Assembly: GCA_963849505.1 (NCBI GenBank)
Contig: CAWKHY010000003.1
Location: 6,096-70,095 of the forward strand
Length of the DNA stretch: 64,000 bases
Direction: 5' to 3'
Source of the DNA: an uncultured Acidobacteriaceae bacterium
GTDB lineage: Bacteria; Acidobacteriota; Terriglobia; Terriglobales; Acidobacteriaceae
Each line of letters starts with the position of its first letter. The stretch's first letter is position 1. The notes under the pieces were generated by a model. It had not been told where the DNA came from, searched no databases, and was given only the letters and a program-made list of their open reading frames with translations. A program made the position numbers and the translations under genes. Positions 19,888 to 27,698 of the stretch are shown piece after piece.

Positions 19888-20889
19888 ATGAGAATTCCAT
19901 TCAACGAATTGCACCAGGCACTCGCTCACGTGCTGCTGAAACTTGGCTTTACCCCCGACCGTTCCGCCATGTGCGCACGCCTCTTTGCTGAGACGACATG
20001 CGATGGCGTATACACCCACGGTGTCAATCGCTTTCCCCGATTCGCCGCCACGATTCAAAATGGCTGCGTCGACGTGCAGGCTGCACCAGAGAGGATCGCC
20101 TTCTTCGGCGCGTTGGAGCGTTGGGATGGGCGCAAAGGCCCCGGCAACCTCAATGCCTCGCTTGCAATGGATAGGGCGACCAGCCTCAGCCGCGAGTATG
20201 GCATTGGCTGCGTGAGCCTGCGCAACACCAACCATTGGATGCGAGGAGGGAGCTACGGCTGGCAGGCTGCCGAATTGGGATCGATTGCGCTCTGCTGGAC
20301 AAATACGCTTCCAAACCTACCTCCCTGGGGTGGGCTTGAACCTTGCATTGGCAACAACCCATTGGTCGTCGCAATACCACGAAGAGAGGGCCACGTCGTC
20401 CTCGATATGGCGATGTCGCAATTCTCCTACGGTGCGCTCGCCGGCTATCGCGCAAAGGGGGAGTTGCTGCCGATCGACGGTGGCTTCGATGCGGCGGGAA
20501 ATCTCACACGCGATCCTGCCGCCATCGAAAACTCACAGCGGCCCTTGCCCACGGGCTATTGGAAAGGGTCCGGCCTCTCCATCGTGCTCGACATGATCGC
20601 CGCAATGATGGCACTCGGCAATGCGACGCATCAACTGCCGACCGATCCCGTACTGGAGTCTGGCCAGTCTCAGACATTTATAGCCATTCATCCCGCGGCT
20701 CTTGGCTCGGAAGAAGAACTCAGCAGGATCGCAGACGATATCGTGAAATCGCTGCACACCTGCAGGCCCATTGTCGATGGGCAACCCATGCGCTATCCGG
20801 GAGAACGAACGATGCGCACACGAGCCGAGAACCTCGCGCTCGGAGTGCCCGTAGAAGTCGAAGTCTGGAATCAGATCCTCGCAATGTGA
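19888..20889 (+). CDS. dlgD: 3-dehydro-L-gulonate 2-dehydrogenase (YiaK/DlgD, Ldh_2 family)
   Basis: From MRIPFNEL onward there is extended similarity to E. coli YiaK as recalled (GVYTHGVNRFPRF, NHWMRGGSYGWQAAE, CWTN, GNNPLVVAIP, MSQFSYG, GGFD..GNLT, GYWKGSGLSIVLDMIA). The ORF opens at 19828, but 19888 fits the homologue's N-terminus. Confidence 0.85.
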   Translation: MRIPFNELHQALAHVLLKLGFTPDRSAMCARLFAETTCDGVYTHGVNRFPRFAATIQNGCVDVQAAPERIAFFGALERWDGRKGPGNLNASLAMDRATSLSREYGIGCVSLRNTNHWMRGGSYGWQAAELGSIALCWTNTLPNLPPWGGLEPCIGNNPLVVAIPRREGHVVLDMAMSQFSYGALAGYRAKGELLPIDGGFDAAGNLTRDPAAIENSQRPLPTGYWKGSGLSIVLDMIAAMMALGNATHQLPTDPVLESGQSQTFIAIHPAALGSEEELSRIADDIVKSLHTCRPIVDGQPMRYPGERTMRTRAENLALGVPVEVEVWNQILAM

Positions 20890-20972
20890 AGCCGGATGCC
20901 AGCATGTACTCGATATACCAACGTCAGGAATGATGACCAACAGCGTCTCCAGCGAATTGTTATGCTGAGAGC

Positions 20973-21950
20973 ATGGAGCACCCACTCCAATCCGAATCAT
21001 CCGATCTTATGGACCCACCCTCGCTCGATCCCCGCGGGTCACGAAAGCCCCTGATTTCCGATCTTCAGGCGATGGGTCTTGCCCTGGCCGGTTTCACCTT
21101 CTGGGTCTTTGCCGACACGACTATCAAAATGATCGGCCGGTCCGCTCTTCCCGCTTATGAAGTCATAGCTTTCATTGGTCTTGTCGTCTCTGCGTTCCTT
21201 ACTGTGTATGCATTGGCCCGCGGAGAGATCAGGGTGCTCCTGCCCACGCATCGCAAACGGCAAGCTCTGCGCTCCTGCCTCGATCTCATTAATAACATTT
21301 GTGTCGTAGTGGCTTTGCGCCACGTGCCTTTAACTCTCTTCTACATCCTCATCTTTACCGCGCCGATATCGATCACTCTGCTGGCAGCGCTGTTTCTCGG
21401 CGAGAAGCTCGAACTGCAGAAAACACTAGCAATTGTCACCGGCTTCGCAGGCGTGATCATAGCCGTCAATCCCTTCGGGAAGACCAGGCCAGGAGATTGG
21501 ATCGGCTATGTCGCTTGCATTACCTGCGTCGTGTGCTTCTCCATCAATATGGTTTGGTGCCGGGTGCTCACTCGCACTGAGACATCCGAAAGCCTCGCCT
21601 TTGTCTCCGGCATCGTAATGATGCTTGCAGGCTTCGGCGCAATGCTCTGGCATGCTGAACCACTGTCGGCCGGTCTGCTTGCGACGCTACTGGCAGCCGG
21701 GTGTTTTTGTGCCCTCGGAAGCATCTGCTTTTTTATAGCCCTCAAGCATACTTCCGCGGCCAATGTCTCCCAGTTTCACTACACCCAGCTACCCACTGGT
21801 GCGCTGGTTGCCTACCTCACCTGGCACGAAGTGCCTACACCCTTCATGATGCTGGGTGGCTCTCTCATCATTGCTGCTGGACTATACATCGCATTGGTGG
21901 CTACGCGGACCGACGCGGCAGCCGGCATCGTCCCCTCCGGCCCCCTGTGA
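20973..21950 (+). CDS. EamA/DMT family transporter
   Basis: 325 aa with about 10 TM segments and a duplicated EamA-like layout. Confidence 0.7.
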   Translation: MEHPLQSESSDLMDPPSLDPRGSRKPLISDLQAMGLALAGFTFWVFADTTIKMIGRSALPAYEVIAFIGLVVSAFLTVYALARGEIRVLLPTHRKRQALRSCLDLINNICVVVALRHVPLTLFYILIFTAPISITLLAALFLGEKLELQKTLAIVTGFAGVIIAVNPFGKTRPGDWIGYVACITCVVCFSINMVWCRVLTRTETSESLAFVSGIVMMLAGFGAMLWHAEPLSAGLLATLLAAGCFCALGSICFFIALKHTSAANVSQFHYTQLPTGALVAYLTWHEVPTPFMMLGGSLIIAAGLYIALVATRTDAAAGIVPSGPL

Positions 21951-22136
21951 ATTCGCCGGTTATTGCATGGCTCACCGATGACTTTTCGGCGACCGAGCAA
22001 CCCGGCAAAACCATGCGAAATGGTACCCTGTTGATGGTGCACTCTCACGGCCCTGCTCCCGTTTTACGACGAGGACGGCAACAACCTCAATCGGTGTGAG
22101 GAGTGATGATCGAGCGCAGCAACAGTAAAGCAACGT

Positions 22137-22213
22137 GGCCCCGTAGCTCAGGTGGATAGAGCAACGGTTTCCTAAACCGCAGGTCGGAAGTTCGAATCTT
22201 CCCGGGGTCACCA
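22137..22213 (+). tRNA. tRNA-Arg (anticodon CCU)
   Basis: 77 nt. Acceptor GGCCCCG/CGGGGTC, D-arm AGCTCAGGTGGATAGAGC, anticodon stem ACGGT/ACCGC with loop TTCCTAA, T-arm GGAAGTTCGAATCTTCC, and discriminator A plus an encoded CCA. Confidence 0.92.
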
Positions 22214-22423
22214 AACTACAATTATTCAGAGAGATAAGGGCATACGTTCACCCGGTGTACATCAGCAACATTGAGGGTGCCACCAATGGTGCCGCTTTGT
22301 TCCTGATTTGATAATCGATCGAAGTATCAGGATCCTGTCCGGTAGATTTGCGCTAAGTCCTCTTGGCTTAGTCCAGGATCTGCCGTGCTAGCTCAGCCCA
22401 CGACGTTGATCTAAACTTGCTCT

Positions 22424-22831
22424 ATGTCAAATTGGACACCGTATATGGCAAACACTCGGGGAATAGCGGTGAGCGTTGAGCCCACTTACCTTGAGACGAG
22501 ATCATCGCCGGACAGCTCGCGGTATTTTTGGGCTTATCGGGTGATCATCGAGAATCAGGGAAGAGAAACGGTGCATTTACTGAGCCGGCACTGGATGATC
22601 ACGAATGCGCGTGGCGAATTGACCGAGGTCAAAGGACCAGGTGTTGTCGGGGAGCAACCGGTCCTCAAGCCGGGAGAGAGTTTTGAGTATACGAGTGGCG
22701 CGCCTCTCAACACGCCGTCGGGGTTGATGGGCGGGGCTTACCAGATGGAGAGTGAGAGCGGTGAGCGTTTTGATATTGAGATACCGACATTCTCGCTCGA
22801 TCGCCCGGATCAGGGTGTGTTTCTGAATTGA
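22424..22831 (+). CDS. apaG: ApaG (DUF525) protein
   Basis: 135 aa with family-typical strings FWAYRVIIENQG, LLSRHWMITNARGE, GVVGEQPVLKPGESFEYTSG. Confidence 0.85.
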   Translation: MSNWTPYMANTRGIAVSVEPTYLETRSSPDSSRYFWAYRVIIENQGRETVHLLSRHWMITNARGELTEVKGPGVVGEQPVLKPGESFEYTSGAPLNTPSGLMGGAYQMESESGERFDIEIPTFSLDRPDQGVFLN

Positions 22832-23245
22832 GAAATGGATATCGTGGGTCAGGGATCGAAGACGAAGTTTCGCGCCTCGTGGGAATTCGCGTTAGTGCGC
22901 TGGCCGAAGATCGCCAGCACGTGGTCTGCCACGCGGCATCTTATTTCAACGGGCAACACCCCAATGCTTTCGACTGATCCACGTCATGCAGCGCATAATC
23001 GCAAACTCGCGTTTCTAGCCCGCCTGGACCTGGAAACGTGCTAAGGCCAGCTGTCTACGATTCTGCGAGTCCTCTTACTCATTCAATTGTCCGAGAAGCC
23101 GACTCCTCGGCAACTTGGACCGAAGCAGTCGACGAGTGCCTTGGCGATTTACCAACGACTGAGAATTGTTTGCAGAATCGCTTGCATCAGGTTGGTCCGG
23201 CGTGGCGCCCAAAGTCTTGATGGAGCCCGTCGTGGCAGGTCTAAT

Positions 23246-23962
23246 TCATTTGCGGGCGAGCTCGCCCGGGTTTGCCCACAAACGCAGGGCCCATGCCACG
23301 AATGCTCCTGCCGCGGCGCTCAAAGGAACGACAGCGGTGTGCCACACAAGGACGTGCGCTGCCTGGAAGTTCTGGCAGTGCAATTCCAGCATCGCAACAC
23401 CGGCCAAGCCCGCGAGTGTCCCTGTGACCAAGCCGGCAGATACGGGATTTACCGCGAAGCCGTGCCGAACCACCAGCCAAGCCAGCAACGCGGTGGGGAC
23501 GGCGAAGAGGAGGCCGGTGAGGAGACAAGCAATCCCCGCGGAGAAGTAGTGGCTGGTTTGATAATCGCGGAACAGCAGGGCAAATTCACCGACTAAAAGG
23601 CCACTGACGATCGCCAGAAGCGCGCCGGGAGCAACGCGGCGGCGGCTCCCCGGGACCATTGCGTGGACGATTCCGATTCCTGTCACCCAGGCGAGGACAA
23701 CCAGGGTCGAGAAGATCAGCACACGCTCCAAGATGTCCATTTTTGCGATCCCGTAGAATCCTGCCCGAGTTGCACCTGCCAGAGCAACGGCCGCGCAGAC
23801 GAGGACCAGGCTGCCGGCCAACACCCATGTGGGTGGCAGTGGGCGAACCGGACTAAGCGACGTTTTGATAGAGTCGGAGACGCGTTGCAGCGTCTCGACC
23901 TTCAAAACATGCGGACCTAGCGCGGTCTTTTTTAGGACATCGTCAATCTCTTCATCTTTCAC
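23246..23962 (-). CDS. Six-TM anti-sigma factor, NrsF/DUF1109-like
   Basis: 238 aa with six predicted TM helices and a conserved-looking LELHCQNFQAAHVLVWH segment. Its start overlaps the stop of the upstream ECF sigma gene (23959-23962). Confidence 0.65.
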   Translation of the reverse strand: MKDEEIDDVLKKTALGPHVLKVETLQRVSDSIKTSLSPVRPLPPTWVLAGSLVLVCAAVALAGATRAGFYGIAKMDILERVLIFSTLVVLAWVTGIGIVHAMVPGSRRRVAPGALLAIVSGLLVGEFALLFRDYQTSHYFSAGIACLLTGLLFAVPTALLAWLVVRHGFAVNPVSAGLVTGTLAGLAGVAMLELHCQNFQAAHVLVWHTAVVPLSAAAGAFVAWALRLWANPGELARK

Positions 23963-24525
23963 GACAGTCCTCCGCCGTTCCCCTTCTTGAACACCGTGGC
24001 GCTCATCGTTTCTCTCAACTTCTTATAGGCTCTGTGAGCCTTCTGCTTCACTGATCCCACAGTGGAAGACGTGGCCCTTGCTGCTTCTTCCAATGACATT
24101 CCCTCCACTTTCAACATTTCGATCACTTCACGTTCACCCTCAGAGAGCGGCGCCAAGAGCGCAGCAAGGTCGTCCAGCCGGCCGGACTCTGCTGAGACTG
24201 GCGCCGCAATCCGGGACATTTCGTCGAGTGCCTGTTGGTGGGCAGTCGTGCGGTCGGATTTTCGATAGTGGTCCACGCGAACGCGCCGGGCAATCGCGTA
24301 AAACCATGGAAGGAGCGGCTCGTTGGTGCGGTAGGTGTGCCTCACCTTGTGAATGCGAAGCCACGTTTCCTGCAACAAGTCATCAGCATCAGCACGACTT
24401 CCAAACTGCGCGGCAAAAAACCGATGCAACTGCGGGCTCAGCCGATCGATGAGAACTGCGGCGGCGTTGAAATCGCCCCCTTGATACTGGGCCATCAGCA
24501 CTTCGAGATTGCTGTCCACAGGCAT
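23959..24525 (-). CDS. ECF (sigma-70 family) sigma factor
   Basis: Region 2 (DADDLLQETWLRIHKVRHTY, LPWFYAIARRVRVDHYR) and region 4 (REVIEMLKVEGMSLEEAARATSSTVGSVKQKAHRAYKKL). The ORF opens at 24624. That start sits essentially at the predicted TSS (about 24627) of the promoter at 24634-24659, so it would have to be leaderless. The start at 24525 (MPVDSN, AGGAAG upstream) or 24495 is therefore preferred. Confidence 0.85.
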   Translation of the reverse strand: MPVDSNLEVLMAQYQGGDFNAAAVLIDRLSPQLHRFFAAQFGSRADADDLLQETWLRIHKVRHTYRTNEPLLPWFYAIARRVRVDHYRKSDRTTAHQQALDEMSRIAAPVSAESGRLDDLAALLAPLSEGEREVIEMLKVEGMSLEEAARATSSTVGSVKQKAHRAYKKLRETMSATVFKKGNGGGLS

Positions 24526-24633
24526 GCAATGGATCGTCTTCCTGCAATCTTGATCGATTACAACAGTTCGTGCAAACCGATTCCCGCAACCCTGCGCTCG
24601 CCCGCGGAGCACTTTCAATTCCAATGCCTTTAA

Positions 24634-24659
24634 TTCGCTGGAATGCGACCAAAAGTTAC
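24634..24659 (-). promoter_or_regulatory. ECF-type promoter GTAACT-N16-CGAA upstream of the sigma/anti-sigma operon
   Basis: The plus strand reads TTCG-N16-AGTTAC. On the minus strand this is GTAACT, exactly 16 nt, then CGAA, about 100 nt upstream of the sigma start. Confidence 0.6.
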
Positions 24660-24715
24660 ATCTCGCGGTTCATCTCCCGGATTTATTAATTTTTTGATGG
24701 CTTCGGCAACAGACC

Positions 24716-24741
24716 GTAACTTTTCGGCATTCCAAACCGAA
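24716..24741 (+). promoter_or_regulatory. ECF-type promoter GTAACT-N16-CGAA upstream of the beta-propeller gene
   Basis: GTAACT (24716-24721), 16 nt, then CGAA (24738-24741), 90 nt upstream of the ATG at 24832. The -35 and -10 elements are identical to those of the divergent promoter 56 bp away. Confidence 0.6.
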
Positions 24742-24831
24742 TACCCACCTAAACAGGCTCCTCTTCCTCGACGGCCCTTAGGGCCGTGACCCGGGGCACT
24801 CATTTCACCACGAACTCCAAGGAGAATCGCA

Positions 24832-25911
24832 ATGAACGTTCAAAATCCCCAGAAGTCCGGCCTGTGGCGCTCCGGCTTGATGCTGGCTGCCATCGGTTTC
24901 ACCAGCGCACTCGCGGCCGCGGGTGAACAAGATCGCGGCATACTGGTGCTAACAAGCACGAATAGCACAAGCGGCAACGCTGTCGCCGTTTTCGAACTCA
25001 AGACCGATGGGACCCCGTCGCTCTGGTTGAAGGACACGTTGCCCACGGGCGGCAAAGGCGGCGCGAGCACGAACGCCGGAATTCTGCAGTTTCAGAACGG
25101 ACTCGGCGCGGTAGCGAACTACGGATCAAACACCGTCACCCAGTTAGTGAGGTCTCACAATTCCATCGCCATCGGGAAAACGATCGGTTTGGCGAGTGAC
25201 TGCGTGAAGCCCGACTCTGTGGCCTTGAACCAGGGGCATCTTTTTGTCGTAGGAGCCAATTGTGCTGAGAGTCACTCGTGGCCCTGGGGCCATATAGACG
25301 GACCCGTTGTCAGCCTGTCCGATCCTTCGGCGGCGCAGATAGCGGTCGGCAGGAGTTGGGCGGCAGTCACCATGACTTCGGGATCTCTGCTGCAATTGCC
25401 GCTCACAGGGGAGGATGGGGTGTTGAGCGGAACTAGCACCGCCCTCGCGCTTCCCAGCGACGCGGATATGGTTCCACTGGGGGCTGCGTTCTGGGGAAAT
25501 ATCCTGGGCTTCACTCCGGCACACAGTCCCGACAGCTTCGCAATCGTGGACGAGAGCGGGAATGTCAATGCAATCGCAGGACCGACGCCGTCCTTTCCTA
25601 CTAATGCACCCTGCTGGGTGGCCAAAGGGCCGCTGAGCGTCTGGTACACGGGCAACTCTCCTGGCCAGGCCATCTCTGAATTTTTCAGCGACAGCAAAGG
25701 CGGAGTATTTTACAAATCCGTTCCTCTGCCAGGCTCGCCGACTGACATCACAGTGTCGCCCGACAAACGGTGGCTGGCCGTAATTTATACCTCCGGCGGC
25801 GAGGCTTATGTCGCTGTCTTCTCCATCGACGGACATGGAGATTTGACGCAAGTGGCGACCTCGAATTCCATTGGCGTGGCTTCATTTAATGGCGTCGCGA
25901 TCAGCGAGTAG
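24832..25911 (+). CDS. Secreted beta-propeller protein (lactonase / 3-carboxymuconate-cyclase-like fold)
   Basis: 359 aa with RBS GGAGAA and signal peptide ...GFTSALAAAGEQ. The repetitive beta-strand-rich sequence ends in SPDKRWLAVIY...AYVAVFSIDGHGDL, typical of 7-bladed lactonase-like propellers. The function is uncertain. Confidence 0.5.
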   Translation: MNVQNPQKSGLWRSGLMLAAIGFTSALAAAGEQDRGILVLTSTNSTSGNAVAVFELKTDGTPSLWLKDTLPTGGKGGASTNAGILQFQNGLGAVANYGSNTVTQLVRSHNSIAIGKTIGLASDCVKPDSVALNQGHLFVVGANCAESHSWPWGHIDGPVVSLSDPSAAQIAVGRSWAAVTMTSGSLLQLPLTGEDGVLSGTSTALALPSDADMVPLGAAFWGNILGFTPAHSPDSFAIVDESGNVNAIAGPTPSFPTNAPCWVAKGPLSVWYTGNSPGQAISEFFSDSKGGVFYKSVPLPGSPTDITVSPDKRWLAVIYTSGGEAYVAVFSIDGHGDLTQVATSNSIGVASFNGVAISE

Positions 25912-26288
25912 CCAATGGATCCTCTGTCGTTTTGCCCGGCGGGCGACGCCTGCCGGGCGGAGCGGAGTTGAAACAGATCAGAAGGTTGGACGGAAGCTGA
26001 TTCATCGGCGTAGAAACGCACCCTCAAGTGTTGCCAACAGGGCGAGTCGCTCATCGAGATTTGGGCGGCCTCGAAATGCGCGAAGGCGATAGTGCACAAA
26101 TCGAGAATCGTTCCTGGCTGTGCTCGACCGAGGAGCACGTAATCACAATTTGTCCAGAGAACATGGACTCCCGACAGTGGATTACATCGAAATGTATGAT
26201 CGAGGTACGACTTCGTGAATCGCCGAACACGTCGCAGTAAGCGCTGCCCACACTGTCTCGCGGATTCGGAACGGGATACAGGCGAAGG

Positions 26289-27105
26289 ATGTCAAATCGT
26301 GTTCAACAGTACCTGGATGCAGTCGCGCAATTGCACGCCGGTGGTGCGATTTCTCTCGTGAGCGTGATTCTCTTCGGTAGTGCAGCGAGCGGCGACTTCT
26401 CGGAGTCATCCGACGTGGATCTCATCATCGTGATCCCCGACGAAACATCCCAGAAGATTAGGCGCCTCCTTCGCGGTGCGGTGACAGATCTTGAAATCAG
26501 GCACGGTCTTCGATTTCCCGAAGAACGACCCAAGAACCCGCTGGAGAATGTTCGCCGAACACGCCGGGGGGCACGGGCACTCCTGCTTTTTCTGCACCCG
26601 CGGCGACCTTATTTCGGGGGACGTGGCGCGGATCTTCGGTCTGCGGGCAGCCGAAGAAGTGTTCCTTGAGCGCATGTTTCTTGCGAGCGTGATTGTTTCA
26701 GCCAAGACTGTCTGGGGCGAGGACCTGCTCAGCCTCGTGCCTTTGCCTTCTCTCCGCCGCCTCGACGTGTTCAAAGCACTTTTCCGATTAACAGGCTTGG
26801 TCCTGTTCAGCGCTGCCGCGTTCCCGGTGCTCTCCGACGCGACCAGGTATGCAATGGGTGCGCTCAAGCACTCGCTGCACAGCTGCTATTTCTGCTATCA
26901 CTTGAAGACGGTTCCCCTCGACGAAGAAGTTGCATTCTTCAACTCCCGACTGGGCCGAAGTAGGACGCTGTCGGAGTTGCTGAACCAGCGGCGAGAGTAC
27001 CATCGGTCATTCGCATTCGTGCTGCGCTGTGTGCCGATTCTCTTTCGGCTGCACCTGCGGACCGTGTTGGATAACCGTTTCCCTCGAGCCGTGATCAGGG
27101 CATAG
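26289..27105 (+). pseudogene. Nucleotidyltransferase-domain protein, one frameshift near 26540
   Basis: ORF 26289-26669 has the pol-beta NTase signature FGSAASGDFSESSDVDLIIV. ORF 26491-27105, in another frame, continues as a helical C-terminal domain. The two overlap around PLENV / MFAEHAGG. Confidence 0.65.
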
Positions 27106-27252
27106 ATATCAGGCCCAAATTCATCGAATGGGGAGTCGGGTTCCCAACTGTCGATAACAGGGCAACGCGCTCATTCACCCGGGCGGATTGGCTATGCCTC
27201 TGGCAAGTTGCCGTATAACCGGCTTGTCGGACCAAGTGGATGCCCATTGACT

Positions 27253-27288
27253 CGCAGGTCGGAAGTTCGAATCTTCCCGGGGTCACCA
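27253..27288 (+). repeat. 36-bp exact copy of the 3' end of tRNA-Arg(CCU) (att-like direct repeat)
   Basis: CGCAGGTCGGAAGTTCGAATCTTCCCGGGGTCACCA is identical to 22178-22213. The upstream sequence cannot form an acceptor stem, so this is a fragment and not a second tRNA gene. Confidence 0.9.
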
Positions 27289-27698
27289 TAGAATCAATAA
27301 GTTACTACCTTCTAGATATCCACTAAAAACGCAGGTGTCGGTTATGGCGCGAGTTTTGTGGGACTGCTGCCTAGGAATATTCCAGAACATTTGCCGACAT
27401 ATCGCTACTAATCGGTTTCTCGATGAGGGCACTGGCGATTTGGTACACATTGAGAAGGCCGCACGTCCATTAGTCGAAATCACGTGTCCATGAATCTGCT
27501 TATCATCCAAGTGGATCGCCTCGTTACCGCCATGCCGGGTTGAGTGTGAAACGTTGCAAGGCGAGGTCACTTCGCCCCGCTGCCTTCAGGCAGTCGGGCC
27601 ATAGTCGGTCGCAGGGTTGCATCTGTCGTCCGCGGTGAGGGAAGCCCGTCTGAACTGCATTTAGCTATAGTCCAGACGGGGCGGTCGCGGTTTGGGAG

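Noticed and set aside
21972-22214. Minus-strand ORFs starting MVTPGRFELPTC at 21972-22214 and 27095-27289, which look like a conserved protein pair.
   Set aside because: The shared peptide is just the reverse translation of the duplicated tRNA-Arg 3' segment. The similarity ends exactly where the 36-bp repeat ends.
25934-25958. A GC-rich hairpin GCCCGGC-N11-GCCGGGC after the propeller gene, and a similar hairpin at 27645-27680 after the pullulanase, considered as intrinsic terminators.
   Set aside because: Neither is followed by a T-tract, and the second has a 20-nt loop. They are plausible, but not supportable as Rho-independent terminators from sequence alone.
27212-27288. A possible second complete tRNA-Arg gene.
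   Set aside because: Only the T-arm and acceptor 3' half are present. The position where the 5' acceptor strand should be (CGTATAA...) cannot pair with CGGGGTC, and no D or anticodon arm can be drawn.
27283-27570. A 95-aa minus-strand ORF next to the att-like repeat, considered as an integrase remnant.
   Set aside because: No tyrosine-recombinase motifs (R..HxxR..Y) or any other family signature were recognisable. It remains only a place for blastx to look.
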